A DNA stretch of 64,000 nucleotides, taken from contig JAQGDQ010000905.1 in the NCBI GenBank assembly GCA_030141605.1, forward strand, positions 17,774 to 81,773, read 5' to 3'. The notes beneath the pieces were generated by a model. The model saw only the letters and a list, made by a program, of their open reading frames with translations. It was not told the origin of the DNA and did not search any database. How positions within the stretch are numbered: the first letter of the stretch is position 1; the number at the start of each line of letters is the position of its first letter. This document shows positions 1 through 13,450 of the stretch, in pieces. A program made the position numbers and the translations under genes. This DNA is from Tubiluchus corallicola. Taxonomy: Eukaryota; Animalia; Priapulida.

Positions 1-166
1 GGGATGATATTGCAATGTTTATAATAATAAAAATAATGGCTTAAGAGACAAATGAAAATTTAAAACTAATTTGTTTAAAATTTTTCTACAAAATTTCGAG
101 TTTCAACGGGTGTCATTTGATAACGACCTGTGTTACTAAGTTCCAAATATTATGTTAAAGCTTTAG

Positions 167-375
167 TTAACTCCATCAGGACCGCATCATTCAAAATAGG
201 TCTTATAAGAGATATGGCTTTTGTGCTACTGTACGAGCACAGAAATAACCAAATGATTACAAATTAGGTACTGTTCTATTCAGGAGCATCTCAGCTGTCC
301 AATCATGCTATTTGTTTAAATATTTATAAGTGATTTAATTGGATAAAATTAAAAAAACATGCCCTCTTCAGGCAC
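167..375. repeat. Dispersed repeat beginning at TTAA-C(T/C)CC (piggyBac-like terminus); also at ~42436-42520 and ~48856-49065
   Basis: ttaactccatcaggaccgcatcattcaaaataggtcttataag... aligns by eye with ttaaccccttcaggaccgcaccattcaaaataggtcttataa (42436) and with 48856-49065. The piggyBac assignment rests only on TTAA+CCC. Confidence 0.6.
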
Positions 376-1290
376 TACAAATTAGCCTATTGAGTAGCTT
401 GGTCTGGTGTACGCTTGCGTGAAAGTACACACTACTTTATTGATCGCTTGCTTGCTACAGCCCAAGAGAACTACCTGCTGTACAGACCTCCAGGAAAAAC
501 CAACCGATCAGCCAAGGAGAAATTAAGGTCATTTCATTTCTTAATAGGAATTTCTCCTTAAAATAGAGTAGACTTGAGACCAAAGTTTATCAGAGTGTTG
601 TGTCTGGATAGTTGAAATTTCCTACATTAGCTGATTTCAAACAAGTGATACTGTACATTGTTACAGTGCAAACAATGCAGTTACTGAAAGCTTTTTTTCA
701 ATTTTTCCATCAAAAATCGATTTTTACCTTGTCTAAGGTAAGCAAACGCATTGCTTAGTGAGACTAGTTTTAATTAGCTAATGCAAAATTCAACAAACGC
801 TTACCGTCCCGAAGGAATTTAATCCACTAAAGTGCTCGTCATGTTCTTAAATCGCTTCAAGACTGTGTTAGTTTATTGGTAGTTTGTTTACTATGAGTTA
901 AATATCCATAGTCAAATGCCTGTAAACAATTTAGAAAATGAAAAAAGGAAGAAGTTCACCACTAACCTGTACACAAATTCTGTTTTAGGTTGGCAGTTGT
1001 TAGAATCATATTGCAAGGAGAGATACCACATCCGGAACCAACCTTGGGGCAGCGACAAATGCTGATGATGATGATGGCAACGATACTGATTGTCGCACTG
1101 AACTGTAAACCACTGATGCTGATAACAATTACCTCCTGCATTCTTTCTAGCTTTAATTTTGTTTTCCATTAGTAAATAAGAAAAAAGATTACTAATACAT
1201 CTTCACTGACACTCGAACCCAGGTCTTCTTCTTTCCGGATAAATTTAAATCCAATTTAAATTTCCAATCTAAATTTTAATAATTGGTATA

Positions 1291-1570
1291 AATAAAAGCA
1301 ATTATTATTCATTAAAAGAATAAGGGTTTAATCATTTGAATCAATAAAAGCAATTATTATTCATTAAAAGAATAAGGGTTTAATCATTTGAATCAATAAA
1401 AGCAATTATTATTCATTAAAAGAATAAGGGTTTAATCATTTGAATCAATAAAAGCAATTATTATTCATTAAAAGAATAAGGGTTTAATCATTTGAATCAA
1501 TAAAAGCAATTATTATTCATTAAAAGAATAAGGGTTTAATCATTTGAATCAATAAAAGCAATTATTATTC
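1291..1570. repeat. 52-bp minisatellite, ~5.4 copies
   Basis: Unit aataaaagcaattattattcattaaaagaataagggtttaatcatttgaatc at 1291, 1343, 1395, 1447, 1499 and 1551. Confidence 0.95.
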
Positions 1571-1915
1571 TTAAAAAAATTAATAGTCTTAATTATTTAT
1601 ATGAACAAACACGATTATTATTTATCGAAAGACTAGTGGATTTGATAATTCATATGAACAATGGCAATTATTGTTCATCAAAAGATTAATGGTTTTAACA
1701 ATTCTTATGAATAAAACCAATCACTCTTCACCAAAAGAATTATGGCTGTTTAAAGCACTGTTGTTGTTGTTGTTGCTGCTGTTACTAAAGATATGTCACC
1801 AAAAGTGTATTCATATGCATTCGATTCAGTGTCATCGATGCCAGTGTTGTTGTCGTTATCGTCACCAACATCAAATAACTAAGTTTCAACTTCTAACTTT
1901 TCCAGTACTGTTACC

Positions 1916-2255
1916 CAGGGCCTATTTCAAGGGGGGGGGGGGGGGGGAAGTGGGGATACTTCCCCGGGGCCTCACTCTCCTGGGGGGCCTCGCGCCAAGA
2001 TAATATTTTTTTTGCTTTATGCGAACATACTGCCTCCTCTCTCTCTCTTGCCGCACGTGCGTCGTTTGCCAGTATTGACAAGTATTAAGGACTGGTCTTG
2101 AGAATAAAGCAGTTTTTCTTTCAATTGTTCTTTGCTTTAACAACTGTATAACTCCATATTTTCTCTTCGAAAATGCTTCTCCGGCGTTCTAGCAGTTCAA
2201 AAATTTCTCACACGCCCCACTTCCCCGGGCCTCGCTTAGGCTGAAATAGGCCCTG
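1916..2255. mobile_element. hAT-type MITE (340 bp)
   Basis: TIR CAGGGCCTATTTCA...TGAAATAGGCCCTG; perfect 8-bp TSD CTGTTACC at 1908-1915 and 2256-2263. Confidence 0.92.
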
Positions 2256-3624
2256 CTGTTACCGCAATTGCTATGACTCTTACACGTGATTTGCCTAGGA
2301 GTTTATTGTTAGCTAGTTTGTACAGGCAGGTGAATAGCCGAGTGGCCAAGTCTCAGCCTTGCAACCGAAGTTTGCATTTATGTTCATTTACGTTAATTAA
2401 AACAACCATTATGTTACACTTTGCCAAAGTGTAAAGTTATAGTATTAGTTATAATTATTATACAAAAATATCTAGGAAATGTTTGATTTTACATAAATTG
2501 TTAATTTTACACTTTGCTTTAGATTCTGCATAATTTATAAAGTTAATTTATAAGATTCTGTTTTAGTAACACACCGCAATAAGTTATTGTCAAATGCCCA
2601 GTTAAAGTCAACGTGGCCCACTCGAAAAGCAACTACGCAGTGAAAGGGTTAAAATGCTATTTTAAAATAACTATTAAAATCCATTTTTTTTTTAATTATT
2701 ATGTACAGCACAGCGTAATTCATTCAAAATATCTGCTTGTATCCTAAACAAGAGGGCAGCTAACACCATTTCATAGTACATTTAATGAAAAAGAGAGGCG
2801 TACATTGGCCTTCTGCCAAGAAAACGCAACGTCGTCCAACAGACAACATTTACATCCTTAAGAAAAGCTTGGAGCTGGTGACTCACTGCCTGTGTGATGA
2901 CATTGCTTATTATATCACGTGACATAATATATTTAAAGTATGACAATGCTTATAAAAATACATGTTGATTTTGATTGTATATTATGACTACATGATTGTT
3001 TTAAATATTTTTTATAATATTTCTTTCCACTTCAAGAAATGTATTTTTACGAAACTTATCCACAGAAAAAAACAAAATTAAGGAAAATTAAACAAAATCA
3101 TAATTAAAAAAAACCTTGTGCATTCTAACCACAAGTTTTTATTTCATTTCCAAAGATAAAGTTTCAACTTACAATTTAATACTCTTTTTATTCCGAATTA
3201 CACATACGGGGTATCATAATCTTTTCAGTGCTTAGGGCTCGTGAGGTCTTATTCCGACCGTGGTTGCACTGCTGAACTATTTATTAAGAATATTTTTAGA
3301 AAGGTAATTGCATCAACGAGGGAAGGGAGGTTTGTTTGCTATAAGACGAAGTATGATTGACAGTTGACATTTTAGTACTAACATAAAGAATTGAGTGCAT
3401 GGTAAACATTAACCGGCCACCGTTGCATTATGAACAGGTAAAGTAGATATTACACCAGGTGTGACAGGTGCTGATTAATCATGACCTTTAACAGTCATGC
3501 AGTTTAAGACAATAGTAACAAATTGTGTAAAACAAGCCTCATTACAGAAATAACGGCAGTAACTGTTTAGGGGACTAGCAGAATCAGCTTTTATATATAT
3601 GGTACATCGAAAAAATTGTTATTT

Positions 3625-3935
3625 ACTATATGACAGAAGTAATTCGTTTCTATATTTTGATACTAGTGTTTTAATGGATGTAGGAATATGGTATATATTT
3701 TATATATATGGTACATATGCAAAAACAAAATGCTGCTGTTTGGCTTTCTGTGGGGGAAGAATGTTTAAAAATTGTAAGTTATTTATTATATGACCGAAGT
3801 AATTCGTTTCTATATTTTGATACTATTTTGATACTAGTGTTTTAATGGATGTAGGAATATGGTATATATTTTATATATATGGTACATATGCAAAAACAAA
3901 ATGCTGCTGTTTGGCTTTCTGTGAGGGAAGAATGT
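3625..3935. repeat. Local tandem duplication, two copies of ~150-170 bp
   Basis: tgac.gaagtaattcgtttctatattttgatactagtg...ggaagaatgtt occurs twice. Confidence 0.85.
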
Positions 3936-4022
3936 TACGGGGGCCCTAGTGTTGAAATTATGAACATCAGATATTTTCGTAAAATAGTTGCTATATAAAT
4001 AGGGTAATGTTCCCGAGTGATA

Positions 4023-4483
4023 CAGTTATCTATAAATTAGATATTTCAGGACCGGAAAAACTGTCTCTAATATATCCGGTGTCCCTTATAGCCGAAGCTG
4101 AGTCAGGCCGAGGGTGTATCTAGACGTATACTTTCCCCATGGATTATTGCTACACATTCAGTACAAACGGTATGTAGGAAGCTCCTTCAGTGATGCGAGA
4201 TGTATGTGACCGCGGAAACCGAGCTGTTTGAAGGCCGAGTTTGCGAAAAATTGAGGTCAAAAATCGATCAATTTCGCTTTGATCACAGAGCCCTTTATTT
4301 GAGAGGTAATTTACCTGGGTTTCTATTACGCAGGACCTGAAGACATGGTCCCTTATAACCGAAAGTCCCTTATATGCGAGTGCCTTATATACGAAGATTT
4401 TTACATAGGAAAAACGTTACGAAAAATTGGGACCTGTGTTGGTGGTCCCTTATAAGCCAGTACGTTATACCCAAGGTTGACTG
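4023..4483. mobile_element. Tc1/mariner-type non-autonomous element (TA-CAGT...ACTG-TA)
   Basis: TA flanks, CAGT/ACTG termini, repeated subterminal CCTTATA motifs; second copy at ~9815-10129. Confidence 0.75.
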
Positions 4484-5802
4484 TACATATATTTGCATAG
4501 CACTTATATACAAGCAGGCTGCACAAATGCTTGTTGTGTAATACCTTGCACCTGTTCGTTATGTGACACTTATATAAAAGATGCTTTCAGTAACTGCCTG
4601 TGGTGTGTTGTAAAATACACACTTTCCGAAAAGTATACACATTTTCCGAAGAGAATTTTTTCTAAAATGTGACGTCCTTCAAACTTTGGTGCCCTTGGCT
4701 ATAGGCTAGTTATGCTATTGGTTAATACACCCTTGAAAGTTTACTGTTTAATGATATCTCATTTCACCCAGGAATAAAAATATTGCTAAAAACTGGCAGA
4801 TAACTTACGGTATGTGGACGTTAAAAGCCTGACTAAAAACTATGCAAATAGCATACATAGCACACAACAGATGGCAGCACCATACACAAACTAAGCAAAC
4901 TGGCCTAATGAGTTAACCAGACATAATTATGAGGAAATCAGAATCAGATAAACCTTTCATAAGCACATGTGAATAGACACAAAGCTAAATGAACTTTAGA
5001 TTACAGAAGTAAGGACGATTTAGCGTCGATTCTAACATATACGTATGTGTTTCTCCACATTTTTAAGTTTTCTCTATATTCATTGTAACTGCAATATGCA
5101 TAACGACACTTATTTGTTAGAAGGTGCTGCCCTCTACGAGTGAGGAGGAAAGGACAGGAGGAGAACAATGATGGTCGCGTTTCATTCGCAGCAATGTTTT
5201 TATCGTTATTGTGTTATAGTTAATAACAGCGTTTAGTTATAACCAAATTTTGTATCTTGAGAAATTTTAAATCTTGACGAAAAGCCAACGATGTAAGTTA
5301 CATGAATTTAAATAATTTAATTAAGTTATGAATTCAATCTCTGAAATTTGAGAAAGTACTTTTGCCAATAAGTTGACTTCTTCGTAATTATTAAGCTTCT
5401 GTTTATCATTTTATTTATTTTCTTACTTGTTAATGTTCTCTTTATTATTCTCTTTAGAATAAACGACTTTGGAACATGAATCAAATAATGAAGGCTTTCT
5501 GTACATAACATTCATAGTTTTGAATCTATTTTTTCTCTTTTTATTCATAGTTTTGAAGAAAAACGTAATCAACACACAATTTTTTTAAAGATTGCTTTAC
5601 ATTGGTCCTAACCTAAAAGTTTTTCATATAAGGACACACTGCCAACCCTGCTAAAGTGAACTCGCACTAAGTCGGAGTCTCGAACTGATGTGTGATTTAA
5701 CACAGCTTTACGAACATTTACACGCATGCGCAAACACGCACATTAAGGTAAGCCAGTCATAGATGTGCACAATTATGGCCAAACTTGTGGTAAGTTTCTC
5801 AC

Positions 5803-6018
5803 CATTTTGGTCGCCGGCCGAGAATCCGACGACGTTAAACATGTCATTCACCTCGAATAACATCTTTCTGACGATGCCCTTAGTATCCTGATCCTCCGAA
5901 CATGATCACCTTAGGTAGTTGCCATGGTATCAGTGACCGGAAGAAGCTGCTCAGGTGGTGTATGGTGATGTTCTCGTGTCGTCGGAGTTTGTTGACTTCA
6001 GGAGAACATCTGAGGTAT
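5803..6018 (-). CDS. FBXO4: FBXO4 internal exon (with an apparent frameshift)
   Basis: ttcag acceptor and gtgag donor. Encodes (I)YLRCSPEVNKLRRHENITIHHLSSFFRSLIPWQLPKVIMFG, then in a shifted frame DQDTKGIVRKMLFEVNDMFNVVGFSAGDQNG. This resembles the vertebrate FBXO4 region Y..C.P...SFLHSLI...P....MFG..L......V..L....G (recalled from memory). Confidence 0.82.
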
Positions 6019-6053
6019 CTGAATTACAACATTTGCAAAAATACATCAGTTTA

Positions 6054-6782
6054 TGAATGATGAATGTAGGTGGCAGCACCAGTGTCTTCCTAAGGACCAC
6101 GTAAATTCAGTTTCTGATTGACAAAATCTGAATGATGAATGTAGGTGGTGACACCAGTGTCTTCCTAAGGACCACGTAAATTCAGTTTCTGATTGACAAA
6201 ATCTGAATGATGAATGTAGGTGGCGACACCAGTGTCTTCCTAAGGACCACGTAAATTCAGTTTCTGATTGACAAAATCTGAATGATGAATGTAGGTGGCG
6301 ACACCAGTGTCTTCCTAATGACCACGTAAATTCAGTTTCTGATTGACAAAATGTGAATGATGAATGTAGGTGGCGACACCAGTGTCTTCCTAAGGAGCAC
6401 GTAAATTCAGTTAATGATTGACAAAATCTGAATGATGAATGTAGGTGGCGACACCAGTGTCTTCCTAAGGACCACGTAAATTCAGTTTCTGATTGACACA
6501 ATGTGAATGATGAATGTAGGTGGCGACACCAGTGTCTTCCTAAGGACCACGTAAATTCAGTTTCTGATTGACAAAATCTGAATGATGAATGTAGGTGGCG
6601 ACACCAGTGTCTTCCTAAGGACCACGTAAATGCAGCTTCTGATTGACAAAATCTGAATGATGAATGTAGGTGGCGACACCAGTGTCTTCCTAATGACCAC
6701 GTAAATTCAGTTTCTGATTGACAAAATCTGAATGATGAATGTAGGTGGCGACACCAGTGTCTTCCTAAGGAGCACGTAAATT
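6054..6782. repeat. 75-bp minisatellite, ~9.7 copies, intronic in FBXO4
   Basis: Unit tgaatgatgaatgtaggtggcgacaccagtgtcttcctaaggaccacgtaaattcagtttctgattgacaaaatc; period 75. Confidence 0.95.
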
Positions 6783-7478
6783 AATCATAAAAGATTCATT
6801 TTAAAAGCACCAGGCGGGTTGAATGGGACGAATAAGAGTGAAAAAAGAAAACATGGCATTATGACAACTCGAGTAGGGTTTGTTATCAACTTTATAAAAT
6901 GGCTGCAGTCACAATGACGCTTATGGTGCAATACAATTTAATCTCGAGAGCGTAATTTTGTAGATTTTAATTTGGTAATTTTATTAGATAAAAAAATGAA
7001 ATTGTAGTTATTATTTGTGGCTGAGAAGGCCTTGCAAACTGAGATGCGACCTGGTAGCCTCTTGATTAGTAGGTAAATGTACTCCCATAATTAGTGTGCA
7101 AATGATTTTATTACTTATTTGTGATGTTTTGGATGATTCCTGGGACTTTTTTCCACACTATGGCCCAAATGCGAGGTCAGTTTTTCATCAAGTGTGGTCT
7201 TGAGTGAATGGGATACCAGGTTGTCTCGTACAGTTTTGTCAGTCTGATATCTTTTACTGCCAGTCACTGGCACCTTTTTCACATGAACTTAGTGTCCTGA
7301 AGTTAATGTCAATCAAAAATCCTGATACTAGCAACAAATCAAAAACTACACTGTCGAGAATTGAACTCACGAACTTTAGATTATGAGACTTTACTCTTAA
7401 CTGATCAAACTAACATTATGCCTCGCATCGTTACATTTCCTTCAGTGCCATGAACACTTACTGAGTACTGCAACTCAC

Positions 7479-7690
7479 ATTTCTTTAGTCGACCAATCAG
7501 ATTCAACCTCGGCATACATGTCAGGGTTGGTCACACTACCAATCACATCCCAGGAATGGATGTCTCTGTTTAAATGGGTTCTCCACAGCATGTTATCACA
7601 GGAGAGCATGTTCCATTGTTTTGACACCACGGCCACGTTGCACAGTTCAGCTGAAGTCAAGAATGACAAGATGTGTAGTTGAACTTGTAC
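7479..7690 (-). CDS. FBXO4: FBXO4 F-box exon
   Basis: ttttgcag acceptor, gtgagt donor, 212 nt (phase 0 to 2). VQVQLHILSFLTSAELCNVAVVSKQWNMLSCDNMLWRTHLNRDIHSW matches the F-box and the FBXO4-typical LWR..L.RD..SW. Confidence 0.9.
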
Positions 7691-7879
7691 CTGCAAAATA
7701 AAACCATCATCATTGCCGTCATCAACAATAACAACTACAAAACCACAAATATGCATTATGTTAATTATAAGCATTGAACATTTAAAAATAAAAGTTGTCC
7801 TCATTAGGGTAAGACAGACCTTACTCCAGCAATTAATTCTATATCAAGTTTTGCAAGTAAACTTGCCCGAATTAAAGTC

Positions 7880-7955
7880 AGGAACGGCCTGGATTTGAAC
7901 CAGGTACCTTTCACTTGAAAGATGAATATCATAACCACTAGACTACATTCCTCAG
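7880..7955 (-). mobile_element. tRNA-derived SINE head (degenerate)
   Basis: Minus strand has A-box-like GTAGTCTAGTGG and B-box GGTTCAAATCC; no complete cloverleaf. Confidence 0.5.
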
Positions 7956-8445
7956 TAATTTAATTCAGTCCATATGGCTGGGAAACCAATTCAGTATTGA
8001 ACATTTTCGAGATTAATTTACCTATGCTAGGAAAATTGCTAATTAAATATATTATTTTGAATTCAGTTTTGAAATTAATTTAGAGCCTGCAAGAAATAAT
8101 CCACGGGCAATTAATTAATACATAATAAATTTAATTTCGAGATTATTACATATGTCCAAAGACATAAGAATCTGTCCAAAGACATAAGAGAATAAATCCA
8201 AAGAATCTGACAGATTTGGATACCGACCCAAACATGCATAAAAGAATGTTCAGGAGATGCTAGATCTATACTGCTTTGTGCTTTATCAGCACCACTTCCG
8301 CTATATAGAAACTTCAGCTAATGAACACATAGTTTACAAACATATGTACATCAACAACATGAAAATACGTCAACTACTTCTGAGTTCTATTATAGGTGTG
8401 AATGAAATTATGATCATATTTATCGTATAACGTCAATTAAAACAT

Positions 8446-8647
8446 CATTACAGATGGCAGCACCATGCAATTTTAAGCCGAAAAATCTGTTTCGTCATGT
8501 GCCCTTCCGGCGGTTCCTTTAAGTCGAAACCACGTACCTCGCTTTTTGTACGAACTTCTTGCGCAAAAACTTAAAGGAACTGCCGGAAGGGCACATGACG
8601 AAACAGATTTTGTGGCTAAAAATTGCATGGTGCTGCCATCTGTAATG
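8446..8647. mobile_element. Palindromic MITE/foldback, ~77-bp arms and ~45-bp spacer
   Basis: cattacagatggcagcaccatgcaa...ttcctttaagt is mirrored by acttaaaggaa...ttgcatggtgctgccatctgtaatg. Confidence 0.8.
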
Positions 8648-8934
8648 GAGAATTCAGATTAAATGTCACGAGGCGAGGGTGTATATCATGTGAATAGAAC
8701 ACTTGTGCGCTTTCTATTAATTATTATAAGCATTTTATGACACGTAATTATTATTATAAAACTGCGTGTTGCTTTCCGAATTGTAATTATTTTAACTAAT
8801 TTGCAACTAATTATAAATTTAACATTTAACCTAAGGAAGTATCGAATAATTAGCCTATATTTGTTTGTTTAGATTGCAGGCACTAAATTAAAACTATTAC
8901 CTATATTATTCAATATAAAACAATAAAAAATTTA

Positions 8935-9620
8935 AATAGCAATGACAACAGCAACAATAAGAACAGTAGCAACAGCAACAGCAACAGCGTCAATGACAGC
9001 AGAAGCATCAATAGCAATGATGGCTACAGCAACAAAACTAACAGATGCAGAATAACAAAAGCAAACCAGCAACAATAAGAACAGTAGCAACAGCAACAGC
9101 GTCAATGACAGCAGAAGCATCAATAGCAACGATGGCTACAGCAACAAAACTAACAGATGCAGAATAACAAAAGCAAGCCAACAACAACGATGACAACATC
9201 AATAGTAACAGCATCGATGACAGTAGCAGCGCTAATAACAAACAATGACAATAGCGACAAAACTAACAGCTGCAGAACAACAACAACAGAAAACCAGCAA
9301 CAATTACAGTAAGAACAATGACAACAACAACAATAGCAACACGTCAATGACAGCAGCAACGCCAATAAATACAATGAAAATAGCAACAAAACTAACAGAT
9401 GCACAACAACAACAACAGAAAGCAAGCAAGAATGATAGTGAGAATAATGATGACAACAGCAACATCAATAGCAACAGTATCGATGACAGCAGTAACGTCA
9501 ATAACAGCGACAACAATAGCAACAAAACTAACAGCTGCAGAACAACAACAGCAAGCCAGCAACAATGACGGCTGGAAGAACGACAACAGCAACAACAAAA
9601 ACAAGTCAGCAACAATAGAT
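8935..9620. repeat. Degenerate (AAC/AGC)-rich low-complexity tract
   Basis: Trinucleotide-like composition with an internal ~105-bp duplication; accounts for the poly-L/C/Q/N ORFs in the track. Confidence 0.85.
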
Positions 9621-9677
9621 CAACACTGCTTGTTTTCAGTGTGCCCATGTTACTTACAAACCCATATAGTTACCTAC

Positions 9678-9790
9678 CGGCAAATAACTGAAGACATCAT
9701 CATTATCATCTTTTTCATCACACGAAGTGGGACCCACTTTGTCATCACTCCTAGCTTTCATCAATTTATTCACGTATTGTTGTAAACCGC
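9678..9790 (-). CDS. FBXO4: FBXO4 5' coding exon (likely start ATG at 9761)
   Basis: caacag acceptor, gtaggt donor. Reads ...MKARSDDKVGPTSCDEKDDNDDVFSYLP and joins in phase 0 to VQVQLHILSFL, restoring the F-box LP motif. Confidence 0.85.
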
Positions 9791-9814
9791 CTGTTGCACA
9801 CACCGTACCAACTT

Positions 9815-10129
9815 GAGTCAGACCGAGGGTGTATCTAGACCTGTACTTTTCTGTACTTTTAGCATATTTTTATGGATTATTGCTACACATTCTGTGCAAA
9901 CGGTATGTAGGAAGCTCCTTCAGTGATGCGAGATGTATGTGACCGAGGAAACCGAGCTGTTCGAAGGCCGAGTTTGCGAAAAATTGAGGTCAAAAATCGA
10001 TCAATTTCGTTTTGATCATAGGGTCCCTTATATGTGAGGTAATTTACCTGGGTTTCTATTACACGGGACCTGAAGATATCGTCCCTTATAACCGAAGGTC
10101 CCTTATATCCGAGCACCGAGGTTGACTGT
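9815..10129. mobile_element. Second, 5'-truncated copy of the 4023-4483 MITE
   Basis: gagtcagaccgagggtgtatctagac...gaggttgactgt is near-identical to 4100-4483. Confidence 0.8.
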
Positions 10130-11666
10130 CGTTTTTTTGCTTGAATTCTGATTTAAACTTGCAATATGTGCGCAGTTTGGTGGTCCCTTATAAGCGAGTA
10201 CCTTACACTCGAGGTTGACTGTCGTTTTTTTTGCTTGAATTCTGATTTAAACTTGCAATATGTGCGCAGTTTGGTGGTCCCTTATAAGCGAGTACCTTAC
10301 ACTCGAGGTTGACTGTCGTTTTTTTGCTTGAATTCTGATTTAAGCTTGCAATATGTGCACAGTTTGGTGGTCCCTTATAAGCGAGTACCTTACACCCGAG
10401 GTTGACTGTCGTTTTTTTGCTTGAATTCTGATTTAAACTTGCAATATGTGCGCAGTTTGGTGGTCCCTTATAAGCGAGTACCTTACACTCGAGGTTGACT
10501 GTCGTTTTTTTGCTTGAATTCTGATTTAAGCTTGCAATATGTGCGCAGTTTGGTGGTCCCTTATAAGCGAGTACCTTACACCCGAGGTTGACTGTCGTTT
10601 TTTTGCTTGAATTCTGATTTAAACTTGCAATATGTGCGCAGTTTGGTGGTCCCTTATAAGCGAGTACCTTACACCCGAGGTTGACTGTCGTTTTTTTGCT
10701 TGAATTCTGATTTAAACTTGCAATATGTGCGCAGTTTGGTGGTCCCTTATAAGCGAGTACCTTACACCCGAGGTTGACTGTCGTTTTTTTGCTTGAATTC
10801 TGATTTAAACTTGCAATATGTGCGCAGTTTGGTGGTCCCTTATAAGCTAGTACCTTACACCCGAGGTTGACTGTCGTTTTTTTGCTTGAATTCTGATTTA
10901 AACTTGCAATATGTGCGCAGTTTGGTGGTCCCTTATAAGCGAGTACCTTACACTCGAGGTTGACTGTCGTTTTTTTGCTTGAATTCTGATTTAAGCTTGC
11001 AATATGTGCGCCGTTTGGTGGTCCCTTATAAGCGAGTACCTTACACCCGAGGTTGACTGTCGTTTTTTGCTTGAATTCTGATTTAAACTTGCAATATGTG
11101 CGCCGTTTGGTGGTCCCTTATAAGCGAGTACCTTACACCCGAGGTTGACTGTCGTTTTTTTGCTTGAATTCTGATTTAAACTTGCAATATGTGCGCAGTT
11201 TGGTGGTCCCTTATAAGCGAGTACCTTACACCCGAGATTGACTGTCGTTTTTTTGCTTGAATTCTGATTTAAGCTTGCAATATGTGCGCAGTTTGGTGGT
11301 CCCTTATAAGCGAGTACCTTACACTCGAGGTTGACTGTCGTTTTTTTGCTTGAATTCTGATTTAAGCTTGCAATATGTGCGCCGTTTGGTGGTCCCTTAT
11401 AAGCGAGTACCTTACACCCGAGATTGACTGTCGTTTTTTTGCTTGAATTCTGATTTAAACTTGCAATATGTGCGCCGTTTGGTGGTCCCTTATAAGCGAG
11501 TACCTTACACCCGAGGTTGACTGTCGTTTTTTTGCTTGAATTCTGATTTAAACTTGCAATATGTGCGCAGTTTGGTGGTCCCTTATAAGCGAGTACCTTA
11601 CACCCGAGGTTGACATTCGTTTTTTTGCTTGAATTCTGATTTAAGCTTGCAATATGTGCGCAGTTT
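10118..11666. repeat. 93-bp minisatellite, ~16.6 copies
   Basis: Unit gaggttgactgtcgtttttttgcttgaattctgatttaaacttgcaatatgtgcgcagtttggtggtcccttataagcgagtaccttacac(t/c)c. Confidence 0.95.
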
Positions 11667-11799
11667 ACCGTTTTCGTTATTATTACTGCCCGTTTGTTTT
11701 ATTCCTGATTATACATATATATATATATATAATAATCTAAGTTTTTCTCAGGTTAGTTGTTGAAGCTTTCAATATTTGTCTACCTGCCTTACGTTTGTA

Positions 11800-11960
11800 T
11801 GAGTCCCAGCTATCAATCTCAACGCATAGTTCTGAAGGAGATTTAATTTTAAGTAATTTTCTCTTTTGTTTTTTTGAAGTAGCGTACATCCATATAAGAA
11901 GTGTGGTAGAATTAAAGTTTTATGTATTAGTGTGTTAGTTTCCTTTGTCAGATGATCAAT
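11800..11960 (-). mobile_element. L2/CR1-group LINE ORF2 C-terminal relic
   Basis: HKTLILPHFLYGC...LNLLQNYALRLI resembles the post-RT Y.SLI.P...YC...L..LQN.A.R.I motif. Confidence 0.6.
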
Positions 11961-12289
11961 TTCACAATGGGATTGACACCACATGTAGTCTGCCAGTCTA
12001 CACGCAGCCGTCATGCATTATACCGTTGCCATCATTTTTAGTTAATATTTCCTAAGCGTTATGCAAACAGAATGACACGTAGTTGGGCCCAAGTAACAAA
12101 TGAGATTGCGCAAGCTAACAGCTAAAATAAGCCAAAGATCGAAGCTTTGAAACCAAAGTCCACCGAGACTAATCATAAAACCAGTAACAGCTGCACGCTG
12201 CTGTATGAACAGAAAATCAATATTACCAATATTTTCATTTATAACGTTATTATAAAGTTATTTAAAACTGATTTTCTAGAAACCAGTTA

Positions 12290-12852
<563 letters not shown>

Positions 12853-13328
12853 ATTCAAGCAAAATTGGTGGTATATCATCGAATTTCTTTGTTTTGGCTA
12901 GAACGCGAGCTGCAGAATTTTCTACACGTTGCAACTTATCAAGGTAGAAGGTTACCAAGGCGAACTTATCAAGGTACTACCCCTATACTTTGCCCACAAA
13001 CAGGTCAGAAATAGACCTTTCAGACTGACATCGCGTCTATAGGTTCAGTGCAACCGCAACACCCCCCAATTTTCACTCAATATTATCAATAATATTCAAT
13101 ATTAGAAGTCTTTTTTCGTTCTTTCTTTATACTTGTATGATCCAGAACACGTGAGGGTAGTACCGTTTACTTCACAGCCCAGCACATTGGTGTATTTGGC
13201 TGTTATACGCATGCGGACACGCGCACGCGTCTGAGGCAACACAACGTACGTTGCACTGTTAGTGTCTGCTGCTAGGTAGAGAAAGTACTGTTGCTCACAC
13301 AGTTTGTTGTCAGTTGTCACGTGCTTAC

Positions 13329-13450
13329 CGTGAATGGATCAAGCAGGAGCTGCGACAAGTTAGTTTATTAGTAAGCAAAAAATATTTTCTGAAGCAGCAG
13401 TACCCACAGTAACTTTAACTACAAGCCGCCATTGCATACTCGTCACATGA
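13329..13450 (-). other. Probable non-coding first exon of FBXO4
   Basis: Strong donor CACG|gtaagc at 13329/13328 next to a CpG-richer promoter-like stretch; no ATG-initiated open frame reaches the donor. Confidence 0.45.

Noticed and set aside
967-1043. Possible next FBXO4 exon (VGSGCGISP...)
   Set aside because: Only the GSG trimer resembles FBXO4; the acceptor is weak and its phase does not match the upstream phase-1 donor
8932-9785. Poly-Leu/Cys/Gln/Asn ORFs
   Set aside because: Open frames arise from the AAC/AGC low-complexity tract inside an FBXO4 intron; only 9678-9790 on the minus strand is supported as an exon
11669-12056. Two possible FBXO4 5' mini-exons (36 nt and 28 nt) on the minus strand
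   Set aside because: AG/GT-bounded, but no in-frame ATG and no homology support; cannot be distinguished from chance without transcripts
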